Positions 24,815 through 36,674 of a DNA stretch of 64,000 bases are shown here, piece by piece. Source of the DNA: Phallusia mammillata (taxonomy: Eukaryota); contig OZ281501.1 of the NCBI GenBank assembly GCA_965637545.1, positions 18,910,001 through 18,974,000 of the forward strand, given 5' to 3'. The notes under the pieces were generated by a model. The model had not been told where the DNA came from. It saw nothing but the letters and a program-made list of their open reading frames with translations, and searched no databases. The translations under genes were made by a program, and so were the position numbers. How positions within the stretch are numbered: position 1 is the first letter of the stretch; every line of letters starts with the position of its first letter.

Positions 24815-25851
24815 ATGAAGGTTATAATGGCTGGAGCAGGAAAAACTGGAACCAAAACAATGGCTGAAGCTTTACGAATATTGGGACTTACAGTGCACGA
24901 CACCATGGAAACCTTTAGACACCATCGTCAGGTATTTCGGTTATTTGTAATTTCCAACCTTGGTGAGAAAGTTAGTTATTTTCCACGCAGGTTTGGTATG
25001 ACTACATTGATGGAAAGGCGACGTTGGATGATATTCGTGAGTCTTACAAACATGTCGATGCCGTTACACACTTTCCTGCCTATATATTTTGGGAGCAACT
25101 GGCTGAAGCTTTTCCAGAAGCAAAGGTACCATGCACAGTCAAGGTGTGTTGTTCTGCTACTGTGTGTTGTTTTTAGATAGTTCTAACCCAACGAGATGAG
25201 GAAAGTTACATTCGCAGCACAATGAACCAGCGTACCGCGATGGCCAACAACAAAACATGTATTTTTCTTTTTACATTTTCACCAACTGGTTGGAAGTATT
25301 TCAAATTTCTTCAAAGATTTAGTAAGTTCCGCAACAACTGTGCTTGTCAACAAAGCTATCGTAATACATTTGAAGACATATTTGTCTAAACTGAACAGCT
25401 GTGTCTACAACCACTCTTTATTGAACGGTCAAAATAATCACTTATTTCTTATAGTTGGAATAATCGAGGGACCTCGCCCACTTTTCCCATTTACAAACTG
25501 GCCCTTTAGTGCCATCCTGCGGAGAGTAAGGTACAGAGAACATCATGTAAATATTCTCATGGTGAGTTGCTGAAATTATGATGTTTTGCACTCTGTAAAC
25601 CGATTTGTTTCAAGAACGCTCCCAAGGGCAGGTTGCTTGTGTACAGCGTGAAGGAAGGATGGGAACCATTGTGCAACTTCTTAAACATTCCAATCCCAAA
25701 TCGTCCGTTTCCACACAAAAATCACGGAGCAACTGTTTTTGATGACCGGGTGAAAAACGACCCAACATTTCAGAAGATGAAACGTGAAGCTTTTGTAATT
25801 GTGTCATTACTCATCTGTCTTATGGCAGCCTGTGTTTCTTATTTTCTTTAA
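24815..25851 (+). CDS. Sulfotransfer_4-like sulfotransferase, copy 8
   Basis: Exons 24815-24931, 24991-25125, 25177-25321, 25455-25561, 25615-25851, in frame. Has VTHFPAYIFW. Confidence 0.85.
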
Positions 25852-26801
25852 CTCTATGGTAAATATCAACATGAGCTCCCCAAAATGCGTATGTTTTTGC
25901 TGAGTTGTGCTATATAGTTGCTTTGTCACGCAACGCTTCGACGAATAAAACTTCAACACGTGTCCTTCAATGGCAAGATTACTTTCTGGTTCGGCTCATG
26001 CGACATCTGAGATCGTGATGTTGCTCAAACTCGACAAATATCCAAGCACGGTCAACTTCCATCCACGGGATTCGAACCCACGACCCGATCAACTTGGAAA
26101 ATCTTGGACAACTCGAAGGCATTCGAAAATCGTAAAAAAACAATAGATTTGCAAATGGAAATAAGGGGTAATCTACAAACAGTCGGGGTCAGGATCAGGA
26201 TCAGTTCAAGCGTGACGAAACTGACGTCATCGGTTGTTGCGTCATCACGTTACCATCCACTTTGGTTGAACAGTTTGAATGAAACAAGTTTAAAGTGAAA
26301 CCAGATCTGCATACATTAATGAAGTTTATTATTTGAAGAGCAATGTCTCACAACGCGGGGGATTTCAACCAATCAGAAAGAAGTGTAATGAACCTGATAA
26401 GACAAAAAATATCTCTTTAAGCAACACAAAATAGTTTAGGCCGCAAAATGGCAACCTTAAAATTGACTGAGATGTGCTTTAGAATCATTGTGCAGCGATG
26501 TGATTGAGATGTGCTTGCTTAATCCAGAGTTATCAATTAGGCGTTTCAGCAAGTCGTTGTGCGGTCAGCTGTCTTGGTTCGGAAGGGTCAGAGGGACAAG
26601 TGTTGCGATTTTTGTTCCTTTCAGATACCCAATGTTAGTTCTTAGCAATATTAGCTATAGCAATTAAACCCTAGGTAATTAACACGCTAAGTTCGCACGT
26701 CACTTCAAATGTAAAGGTGTATAAAACTAGTTAAAGAATTATTAATTACACGAAATACAGCAAACTACTACTTAAAAGCAAAATGTATAGTGAAGTATTC
26801 T

Positions 26802-26958
26802 NNNNNNNNNNNNNNNNNNNNNNNNNNNNNNNNNNNNNNNNNNNNNNNNNNNNNNNNNNNNNNNNNNNNNNNNNNNNNNNNNNNNNNNNNNNNNNNNNNN
26901 NNNNNNNNNNNNNNNNNNNNNNNNNNNNNNNNNNNNNNNNNNNNNNNNNNNNNNNNNN
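26802..26958. other. Assembly gap (157 N)
   Basis: Run of N. Confidence 1.
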
Positions 26959-27633
26959 TTTGAAAGAGAGAGACATTTACCGAAACGAGCACTGGTCAGT
27001 TTACACTCGACGTTTATGGGGTCAAGCAAACACGTAACTGACGTCATCATGTCATCACGTGACCATCCACTTTGGTTAAGCAGGTTGAGTAAAGAAAGTT
27101 TGAAGTGGAATCGGATTGGAGAGATTAACTTAGTTTAGAATTTGAGAAGAAATGCAGAGGTTTTTTAGCCAATCAGAAAGCAACATTTTATTACCAACTA
27201 ACTTAGGATGATTATGGAAGTATTAAACTGAAAAATGGAAATAACTGTTACTCCCAACAAACTGGGTGCCGTTGGATTGCTACACTAGCCAATACGGCCT
27301 ATGTCTCGTTACCAGGTGCCCTGATGAGACCTCATAGGTTGAAACAGCGTGCACTGTCTGCAGCTGAAAATAAACTATTATAGCAACAGAACATAATCAC
27401 CTGAACCGCAAAGCAAAACCACAGCAGTGATGCCAACCTTGCAAGTTTGTTTTGGATTTGCTTGGTTGGTTAAGCGTGGTTTGTCGTTACAGCAGTTTGT
27501 GGTTTGGCTTAAACTCTTGGGTAAGAAGACTGAGTGAAGTAAGTATAGGATAAAAATTGTCTTGCTGTAGTAAGTAAAAATTTACAAAGAGTCAAATGTT
27601 GTTCTGCAGTTCCACCATGATAAGGGTTATATA

Positions 27634-27813
27634 CAGTGGTGGGATTCCGATTTTTTGTCAGCCGGTTCTATCACAAAAGTCATATTTTTCAACCGATTCT
27701 GTTACAAAAAGTCCATTGACAGTAACCAGTAATGCTAATCGGTTCGCTGATCTCACAAAATTCCGTGAGACGGTTCCATAGAACCGGTGCGAACCGGCTG
27801 AATCCCACCACTG
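27634..27813. mobile_element. hAT MITE (CAGTGGTGGGATTC family)
   Basis: TIRs CAGTGGTGGGATTC/GAATCCCACCACTG. TSD gttatata/gttgtata. Confidence 0.85.
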
Positions 27814-28049
27814 GTTGTATACAGAGAAGAGTGTATTATGTATAATTTGAAACTTGATTCGGGTTTACCTAAAACACAAGTAGAGCTCTTTGATGGTATT
27901 TAGAATTGTTTCTGGGTGATCGATTTATTGATGCTTAATACAACGTCCAGCCAACAATCGGTTTTTACCATCCTCAGCATAGTTTACATAACATCGAGAA
28001 GTTTTTAAAACTATTACTTTAAGACCTTATAGTTAGTTCCCACTTAAAA

Positions 28050-29184
28050 ATGAAGGCAATAATGGCAGGAGTAGCAAAAACTGGAACCAAATCAATGGCA
28101 GAAGCTTTACGAATATTGGGACTTACAGTGCACGACACCATGGAACATTTTCTCTATCATCGTCAGGTATTTAGGTTGTTAATTGTGGGATTTTTAACCT
28201 TTTAGGTAATTTCCCACGCAGGTTTGTTATGATTACATTGATGGGAAGGACGTTGGATGATATTCGTGAGTCTTACAAACATGTCGATGCCGTCACTAGG
28301 TTACCAACTTTTCACTTTTGAGAGCAACTGGCCGAAGCTTTTCCAGAGGCCAAGGTAAAATTGTCAAACAAACTTAATTGTTTTACTACTTTAATGGTAA
28401 AAATAACGGCCCAAATAGATGCGAAGAGCATGTCGAGCCGTTATTTTCACCATTAAACTTATGAACAGATCCGTACATGCATATTTTACTACTGTTTGTA
28501 GTTTTCAGATAGTTCTAACCCAACGAGATGAGGAAAGCTACATTCGCAGTGCAGAGAACCAGAGAATGGCGCTGGTCAACAACAAGACATGCAGATTTCT
28601 TTACACATTTTCACTCACTGGGTGGAAGTTTTTCAAATTTCTTCAAAGATTGCGTAAGTTTCGTATGTGCCTGTGTCAGAAAAACGTTTTGATACGTTTG
28701 AAGATCTATTTCGTCTAAACTCAATAGCTGCATTTACCAACATTGTTTACTAATCGCCAAAATTTATTACTTAACTTTTCCAGTTGGAATAGTCGAGGGA
28801 CCTCGCCCACTTTTTCCATTTACAAACTGGCCTTTTAGTGCCATCCTGCGGAGAGTGAGGTATAGAGAACATAATGCAAATATTCTCACAGTGAGTTGTT
28901 GAAATTCTGATGCTTAACAATTTGCAGACAATCTTGTTTCCTTTCAGAACGCTCCCAAGGACAGGTTGCTTGTGTACAGCGTGAAGGAAGGATGGGAACC
29001 ATTTTGCAACTTCTCAAACCTTCCAATCCCAGATCAACCGTTTCCACACAAAAATTCTGGAGCAACAATATACGATGACCGGCTTAAAATCGACCCAACA
29101 TATCAGAAAATGAAACGTGAAGCTTTTGTAATAGTGTCATTGCTATTCTGTTTTATGGCAGCGTGTGTTTTTTATTTTGTGTAA
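28050..29184 (+). pseudogene. Sulfotransferase copy 9, pseudogene
   Basis: All five exons are present. Exon 2 has a 2-bp deletion (gggaaggacg vs gggaaggcgacg, about 28249) and a TGG>TGA nonsense codon at 28319-28321. Confidence 0.85.
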
Positions 29185-30100
29185 AGAACAGTTCAGCAAA
29201 TACGTACATCCTCAATCTGCATATCACTGAACTCTTATTTCTAGCAATGTTATTTTGTTTTGCCTCACGATCAAGTGTTTCTTAAATGTTGTTTAAAGAA
29301 AACTGTTGTTTTGGTTTACATTGTGATGTCACACAAAATGGGTGCTGTTCGGGCAAATAAAACCTCAGCACGTGTCCTTACATAATACTTGTACTTAAAC
29401 TTAGATAAAGTAGAAAAATACTGTAATAAACCTTATGCACCTAAGGTAATGAAAAACAAAAACATCAAGTCATTCGTCCTTAAGATGTTGAAATATACAT
29501 ATATTTTGCCTTAACAGCATGAGCAGTAGCTTATTCAAATAGAATCTTCCGTGCCCTTATGTAAAACGGTTTTCCTTGATGGATCAGAAAATCGGTCAAA
29601 GGGCAGCAAACTGAATGTTCAAATTTGGACAAGCAATAAACAAAGAACGAAAATGAAAACGATTTTTAGTGAACCACATGCAAAGGGTTGTACAAAATAT
29701 TTTATTTCGTGAACAAATTGTTACAAGAACCCTTCGTAAAAAGTTGAGCATTGCGGAAATGCCTTTATTCCTCGATGTAACCTTTAATGCGATCACAAAG
29801 ATAATGTCTAGTGTCATAGCATCAATAATAATAGGTTCTGCTGTACAAACTGGAACTGATGCATATACCACAACGAACAATTAGTCTCACACTAAAACAC
29901 GATGCAATACAGAAGGCGGTTGATTTCCTGTTGTAACGAAAATTAATTACAATTGGAAGCTACTACAAAACGTTTTACATTCGATTGACATTTTTTTGAT
30001 ATAATTTGTCACTGTGGTACAGCTTTTCCGTCAGTTCCTGTGTTCTTATGCTAGTCTGTAGGGCGAGTTAGGTTTATCGAACTATATCCGTGAGACGAGT

Positions 30101-30200
30101 GGGTAAAAAACGACCCAACATATCAGAAGATGAAACGCGAAGCTTTTGTAATAGTGTCATTGTTATTCTGTCTTAAGGCAGCGTGCATTTTTTTTGTGTA
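30101..30200 (+). pseudogene. Isolated 3' fragment of sulfotransferase exon 5
   Basis: Encodes KNDPTYQKMKREAFVIVSLLFCLKAACIFFV*. No upstream exons are nearby. Confidence 0.75.
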
Positions 30201-30639
30201 ACTGTAGGCATAGATTTTTTATGTCAATTTGCAAAATACTTAGTTGTCACAAATTTACTTTAGTTTCGTAAACTTACATTTCAATATGCTTTCGAGTTTT
30301 ATGCGGTGTCACGCAACAGTATTGCTTCGTCAGCGTTTGTTGCTGGGATGATTGAAATTTTCACACGTGACCTCCATCTATCTAAGTTTAGACATCTTCC
30401 GTCGACGGGTTTCGAACCCACAACACAATCAACAATACAGTGCTTAACAACTTTGTTTTACCGACAAACGGATGGCGCCCGAGAGGTTTGAAAGAAATTA
30501 CACAGCTACTTCTACTGCATGCAAAGTGGCGAAAATTGGAAGAAGAAGAAATTAAAAAGAGATCACAACAAAAAAGTAGGTCACAGTTCATGAAAACCTC
30601 CAAACTCGAGCAAACAAGATGGTTGGTTTGAATTGTCTA

Positions 30640-31010
30640 CCGAGGTCGTAAAACAACCGAATACTGATAAGGGATTGATGACCACGCGGTTGGCTATGCA
30701 AACAAAGTTTGTTTGACTTTTGGCCACAACCAATACTGTGGCTTTAAATTGGGTGACATGGTAGTTTCTTTCGATACAATTCATGGTTCGCAAGATATTT
30801 TTACAGCACTTTTAATTGGTGAAGTTCAGGTGCATTCCCATTCTCCCAGCAGTTAATGGTATATTGCAGTTTTGAGTAGACAAGGCTATATCATGAAATT
30901 TTGAGGTTTTTAAGGGAACATATTTTCTCAGTTTATACATCAGACAAGTTGTGTTTGTCTGTAAATTATGTTTAAAGCTGAGTGATGTGCTTGAACCAGT
31001 TTAAATTTTT
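30640..31010 (-). mobile_element. Degraded L2/CR1-group LINE ORF2 3' fragment
   Basis: Minus strand reads LMYKLRKYVPLKNLKIS*YSLVYSKLQYTINCWENGNAPELHQLKVL. This matches the non-LTR RT C-terminal pattern LYKLR.YVP..TL..IY.SL.YS.L.Y....WGNA...L..LQN. Confidence 0.65.
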
Positions 31011-31082
31011 CATCCGCTGTAACAGAAATATAATTCATTTTTGACTTGATAAAGTGTTGTTGTCGAGATAAAGCCTAAAAAG

Positions 31083-32186
31083 ATGAAGGTAATAATGGCA
31101 GGATTGTCGAAAACTGGAACCAAAACAATGGCAGAAGCTTTACGAATATTAGGACTTACAGTGCACGACACCATGGAAAACTTTCTATATCATCAACAGG
31201 TATTTCGGTTATTTGTGCCATTTTAAACCTTGGTGAGAAAGTTAATTACTTGACACGCAGGTTTGTTATGATTACATTGATGGGAAGGCGACGTTAGATG
31301 ATCTTTGTGAGTCTTACAAAGATGTCGATGCCATCATTGGGTATCCGACTTACCACCTTTGGGAGCAACTAGCCGAAGCTTTTCCAGAGGCCAAGGTACC
31401 ATTACTAAATATCAACATGTATGGGACACATGTGTGCCTGCCTGAGTGAACAATCGGGTCGTTTGAAACGTTACCTTAACATTGGACACTATGAATTTTG
31501 TATTTTTTGTATTTTATCACTGTGTTTCGTTTTTAGATAATTCTGACACAGAGAGAAGAGAAGAGTTATCTTCGAAGTCTAGAAAACCAACATATTGCGA
31601 TGGCTAACAACACGAAACAAAATTTTCTTTTCACTTTTTCCCCAACTGGATGGAAATTGTTCCAATTCTATCGTATTTTTAGTAAGTTTCGAAACAAAAT
31701 CAAATGTACTGGTTTGATGGATGCTTTTCAATGTCCAAACTTTTCGAAATTCCTGTTTAACGATTGACTTTTGTTTCACTTTCGTAGTGGCGATGTTTGA
31801 AGGCCCTCCACCTCTTTTTCCATTTACAAAGTGGCCCTTCAGCAAGCTTATGTGGGCAATAAAATACAGAGAACATAATTCAAATGTTCTCATGGTGAGT
31901 TGCTCAAATGCTGTGGCTTTAATTTGCAGACAATCTTGTTTCCTTTCAGAACGCTCCCAAGGACAGGTTGCTTGTGTACAGCGTGAAGGAAGGATGGGAA
32001 CCATTGTGCAACTTCTTAAACCTTCCAATCCCAAATCAACCGTTTCCACACAAAAATAGTGGAGCAACAATATACGACGACCGGCTTAAAATCGACCCAA
32101 CTTATCATAAGATGAAACGTGAAGCTTTTGTAACTGTGTCATTGATGTTCTGTCTTGTGGCTGCATTTGTTTGGCATTTTCTTTAA
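31083..32186 (+). CDS. Sulfotransfer_4-like sulfotransferase, copy 10
   Basis: Exons 31083-31199, 31261-31395, 31537-31681, 31788-31894, 31950-32186, in frame. Exons 2-4 are nearly identical to copy 5 (AIIGYP). Confidence 0.85.
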
Positions 32187-32759
32187 CTTCTGACATTGTT
32201 CCTGACTAATTGAGACTAATTTACCGCATATTTTAATTTCCAAAACCTACATGTTAATATCCATTTTTTCTGCTTCCTCTTGCAATGTTGTGGTTACGGA
32301 GATGAATAAATTTTGATACGTAACCAAAGTATTTAAAGTATAAATACCTACTATCGACGGGACTCGAACCCACGACCTAATCAACATCGACAAAAAGTAG
32401 GTTTATTCTAAAATATCAAGGTTAAAGTTCATGACAACCTACCAACTCGAAAATGTCATCAAAGATGACTTTCTGGGTTCTGGAATGCATTCTGTGCAAC
32501 CGTGTGTGCTGAGTGACGTACATCAAAATCTTTCGAAATCGCGAAGAAACATAGCTTTGAAGACATAGATTTGAATAAATAAGAGCAACATGGTTATGTT
32601 ATTGTTTATTTGCTTATGTTACCGCATCATTTATTGCCGTAACTAAAACAAAAGGCAAAAAAATACTATGGACAAATAATTTAAACTATTCGCTGCACCA
32701 TCGAAAACATAAATTTAATGGACACGAATCGTTGTACCCAAAGTCGTTAAACAACCGAA

Positions 32760-33100
32760 TACTGATAAGGTCTTCAAGATTACGCGGTTGGTTATGCAAA
32801 CAAGCTTGTTGACATTGGTCAGTTTGCCGTGTTGTGGCTTTAAATTGGGTCACGCGGCAGTTTCTTTTGATAAGATGTATGATTCGCAAGCTATTATTTT
32901 GCAGCACTTTTAAATGGTGAAGTTCAGGTGCATTCCCACTGCCTAAGCAAGTCATGGCATATTGCAGTTTTGAGTAGACAAGGCTATGATTTCAAATTTC
33001 AAGGGTTTTAAGGGAACATATTTTCTTAGTTCATACATCAGGCCAGAATAATTAACAAGTTGTTTTCAAAGTTGAATGATGTGCTCCGACTAATTTAATT
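32760..33100 (-). mobile_element. Second copy of the degraded L2/CR1-group LINE fragment
   Basis: Reads LMYELRKYVPLKTLEI*NHSLVYSKLQYAMTCLGSGNAPELHHLKVLQNNSLRII. Homologous to 30640-31010. Confidence 0.65.
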
Positions 33101-33539
33101 GATCATGTGTTATAACACTTATATACATAAGCTATATAAAACTGAGGCAGACAACTGAAAAAACTGAAACACAATACAATACAAAAGCTTGTTGATTTCC
33201 TGTTGTAACGAAAATAATTACAATCGGAAACTAGTGCAAAAACGTTTTATCGGCGTCCGGCATTTTTTTGACATAATTTGTCATTGTGGTATTTCTTTCC
33301 TGTTAATTTAAAAAGTGGTTCACATACTAGTCTGTGTGTTGTCCGCTCGAACGTATAGGACGAATTTCTTTAAGTTGTGAGTTCCAGTTAATTTTAAGGC
33401 TGGATCAGTCGCAACACTTGAAGCTTTAAAGTTGATTTTAGGGTTGATATATTCTGATTTTTTTCAGCTTAAAGTTGGTTTATGGAACTGAGAAGCCGTG
33501 AAACTTATTTTCAAACTTGTTATTCACTGGTTGTGAAAG

Positions 33540-35023
33540 ATGAAGGTAATAATGGCAGGAGTATCTAAGACTGGAACAAAAACAATGGCAGAAGCTTTAC
33601 GAATATTGAGACTTACAGTGCACGACACCATGGAACATTTTCTCGATCATCGACAAGTATTTCGGTTATTTGTTGCATTTTAAACCTTGGTGAGAAAGTT
33701 AGTTATTTCCCACGCAGGTTTGGTATGATTACATTGATGGGAAGGCGACGTTGGATGATCTTCGTGAATCTTACAAAGATGTCGATGCCGTCACTGATTA
33801 CCCGATTTTCCACCTTTGGGAGCAACTGGTCGAAGTCTTTCCAGAGGCCAAGGTACTATCACTAACTATAGGGACCCATGTGTGCCTGCCTGAGTCAACA
33901 GTCACGCCACTTAAAACGTTACCTTAACATTGGGCCGTATGAAAACAACAAAAACTGAATGAAGAATACAAACTTTGAAGTTCGTGATATTGCTTGTGCA
34001 ATAATACTAATAAAACATTTCTAGTCAAATGCATTGATTTAATACTGTGTTTCGTTTTTAGATAGTTTTAACACAAAGAGATGAGAAAAGTTATCTTCGA
34101 AGCGTTGAAGACCACCTTGTAGCGATGGCTAACAACACAAAACTAAATTTGCTTTTCACTTTTTCACCAACTGGATGGAAATTGTTCCAATTCTATTGTA
34201 TTTTTAGTAAGTTTCGAAAGAAAATTGAGAGTTTAGAAAACCTGTGCTTGAACATGTATTAGCAGATGTGACTATTTTCACAACCAAAGCACTCACGGTG
34301 TTTTGCAATCTTGTTACATTCAATCTTAACATTTTAGACACAAGAGCTGAACAACCTTCGATCGTGAACACGTGTAATAAAACATGGCGGCCGTGAACAC
34401 AGCAACAAACAAACGTAACAATACAGATAGTGATCTCATAAATATTTAACTGATTTCTATATATTGTTCAACCAAATCAATGTATTAAGTAAGAAATCAA
34501 TCGGGTCTTTTTAGCCACCAATGCGATATTATAAGACATACCTTACTTCTTCAAGTCACTGAAGATTATTTTTCCAATTAAATAGTTTAACTATTGTTTT
34601 ACTTTCGTAGTGGCGATTTTTGAAGGCCCTCCGCCCCTTTTTCCATTTTCAAAGTGGCCCTTCAGCAAGCTCAGTTGGACGATAAGATACAGAGAACATA
34701 ATTCAAATGTTCTCATGGTGAGTTGCTGAAATTTTAATGCTTTAAACTTGATGAGACGATTACTTTGTGAACCGATTTGTTTCCAGAACGCACCCAAGGA
34801 CAGGTTGCTTGTGTACAGCGTGAAGGAAGGATGGGAACCATTGTGCAACTTCTTAAACCTTCCAATCCCAGATCGTCCGTTTCCACACAAAAATCACAGA
34901 GCAACAATATACGACGACCGGCTTAAAAACGACCCAACATTTCAGAAGATGAAACGTGAAGCTTTTGTAATTGTGTCATTGATGTTCTGTCTTGTGGCTG
35001 CATTTGTTTGGCATTTTCTTTGA
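33540..35023 (+). CDS. Sulfotransfer_4-like sulfotransferase, copy 11
   Basis: Exons 33540-33656, 33718-33852, 34062-34206, 34611-34717, 34787-35023, in frame. Has VTDYPIFHLW. Confidence 0.85.
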
Positions 35024-35294
35024 CTCTAGGCAATATTTCTGACTAATTGAAACTAATTTACCGCATATTTTAATTTCTGAAACCTATGTGTCAGTAATAT
35101 TCTGCTGTGCCATGCAGGGTTTCTGTTGCTATGACGAATAAAACTTTAACACGTGTCCTTGAATGGCAAGATTACTTTCTGGTTCGGCTCATGCGACATC
35201 TGAGATCGTGATGTTGCTCGAACTCGACAAATATCCAAGCACGGTCAACTTCCATCCGCGGGAGTCGAACCCACGACCTAGCCACTACTGAGAA

Positions 35295-35611
35295 CAGAGT
35301 TGTAAACAGGCCTGAAATTGGAGCCCGAAAGCACAAGCCCTAAGCCGGGCACGGACTCAATTCGTTTTGGCCCTAAAGTTTGATTGACAGGCCTATACAT
35401 TGAAGCCTCACGAAAGACCAAGACAACAAACACAATCAACAATCGGTCTTTAACAAGGCGTTTTTGGGCTGCTTGACAATAGGTCAGGTCCAGCAACAGG
35501 CTACCTAGCTACATACATGTATTTACAAAAATACTGACACAGGGTGTAAAGTCGGGCCCGTTTTTTCGAAGAAACCCAAGGCCGAAAAGCCCGTCCCGAC
35601 TTACAACTCTA
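35295..35611. mobile_element. hAT-like MITE
   Basis: Ends (C)AGAGTTGTAA...TTACAACTCT(A). TSD actgagaa/cctgagaa. Interrupts the conserved post-gene spacer. Confidence 0.7.
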
Positions 35612-36674
35612 CCTGAGAAACACAAAAGTCTGCGTGGGTTAAACGACTTCGACCACGTGCTTGTTGGACTAAAACCGCTTGGGTTTCGGTTCTATACGTC
35701 ATCGCCTAACAAGTCGATTACACTGGCAATTGGAGGGTGCCCGAGAGGTTTAAAAGAAATTACATAGCTTTATTTCTGGAGCAGGCAAAGTGGCGAAAAT
35801 TGAGAAAACAAAAAATAAAAAGAGATCACGACAAAAAAGTAGGTCAAAGTTCATGAAAACCTCCAAACTTTGAGTGTTCAAGATTGATTTCACATTCGTA
35901 AGCAACATGTCATTAAAGCTGGGTTCGAAATGCGTTATGTGTAACCGTATGTGCGAAGTGACATGCGATTTGTATTTAATTTATACCGCTTGGCAGCCCG
36001 AAGCTTGCTCGGGAACCAGCTTTAAGCACGCACGCAGACAAATTGGGTTGATTTCTACATAAAAGACAAATGACGAAATAATTCAATCCAAGTTTTGAAA
36101 CAGCTTTCCAGTTGTTGTAGTTTCCATTTTTCACTTCGTTATTCCTTCGATTGTTTTCAACAAACGATTCATTCCACAACTCGACAATCAGAACAATGAC
36201 GCAATCCAACAATAGACATTTAAATAATTGACGCACGCTACGTCACACATATGATTATCGCGTCACAATTCGAACAAACCAAACGGAGCAGTAACCTACA
36301 GATGACGTCAATGTGAACGCAAAAAATAGATCGATCACGTGATGGATTGCCATGACGTAACCCGTCTGTGACGTATTATACAGAAAAACATCCATTCGCC
36401 AAGAAACGATTTGAAAATAGAAACTGGTTGTTTTTGACAAATAATCGAAGTAATGATAGGCCGGTTGTTTCCATAATTTGAAGGTGTCGCACCAAATTTA
36501 GTATCGCATCCATCATATAATGGTTTGGGAACATACTTACGCTGTTTTTTTCGGCTGTCAAAGTATTGGTGGTTACATTGTTATATCTGCTCCTGCGCCC
36601 AAACACACCCGACCGCTGCTGCTCAACCAAGCGCGACGCTACTGTGATCACGTGACGAGAGCGGGATCACGTGA

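Noticed and set aside
26746-27050. ORFs spanning X runs
   Set aside because: Artefacts of translating the N gap.
806-35023. Bacterial contamination or recent horizontal transfer of the sulfotransferases
   Set aside because: All copies have four conserved spliceosomal introns, host MITEs inside them, and are contiguous with WAC/CASC3/RAR. An ancient transfer cannot be judged without a phylogeny.
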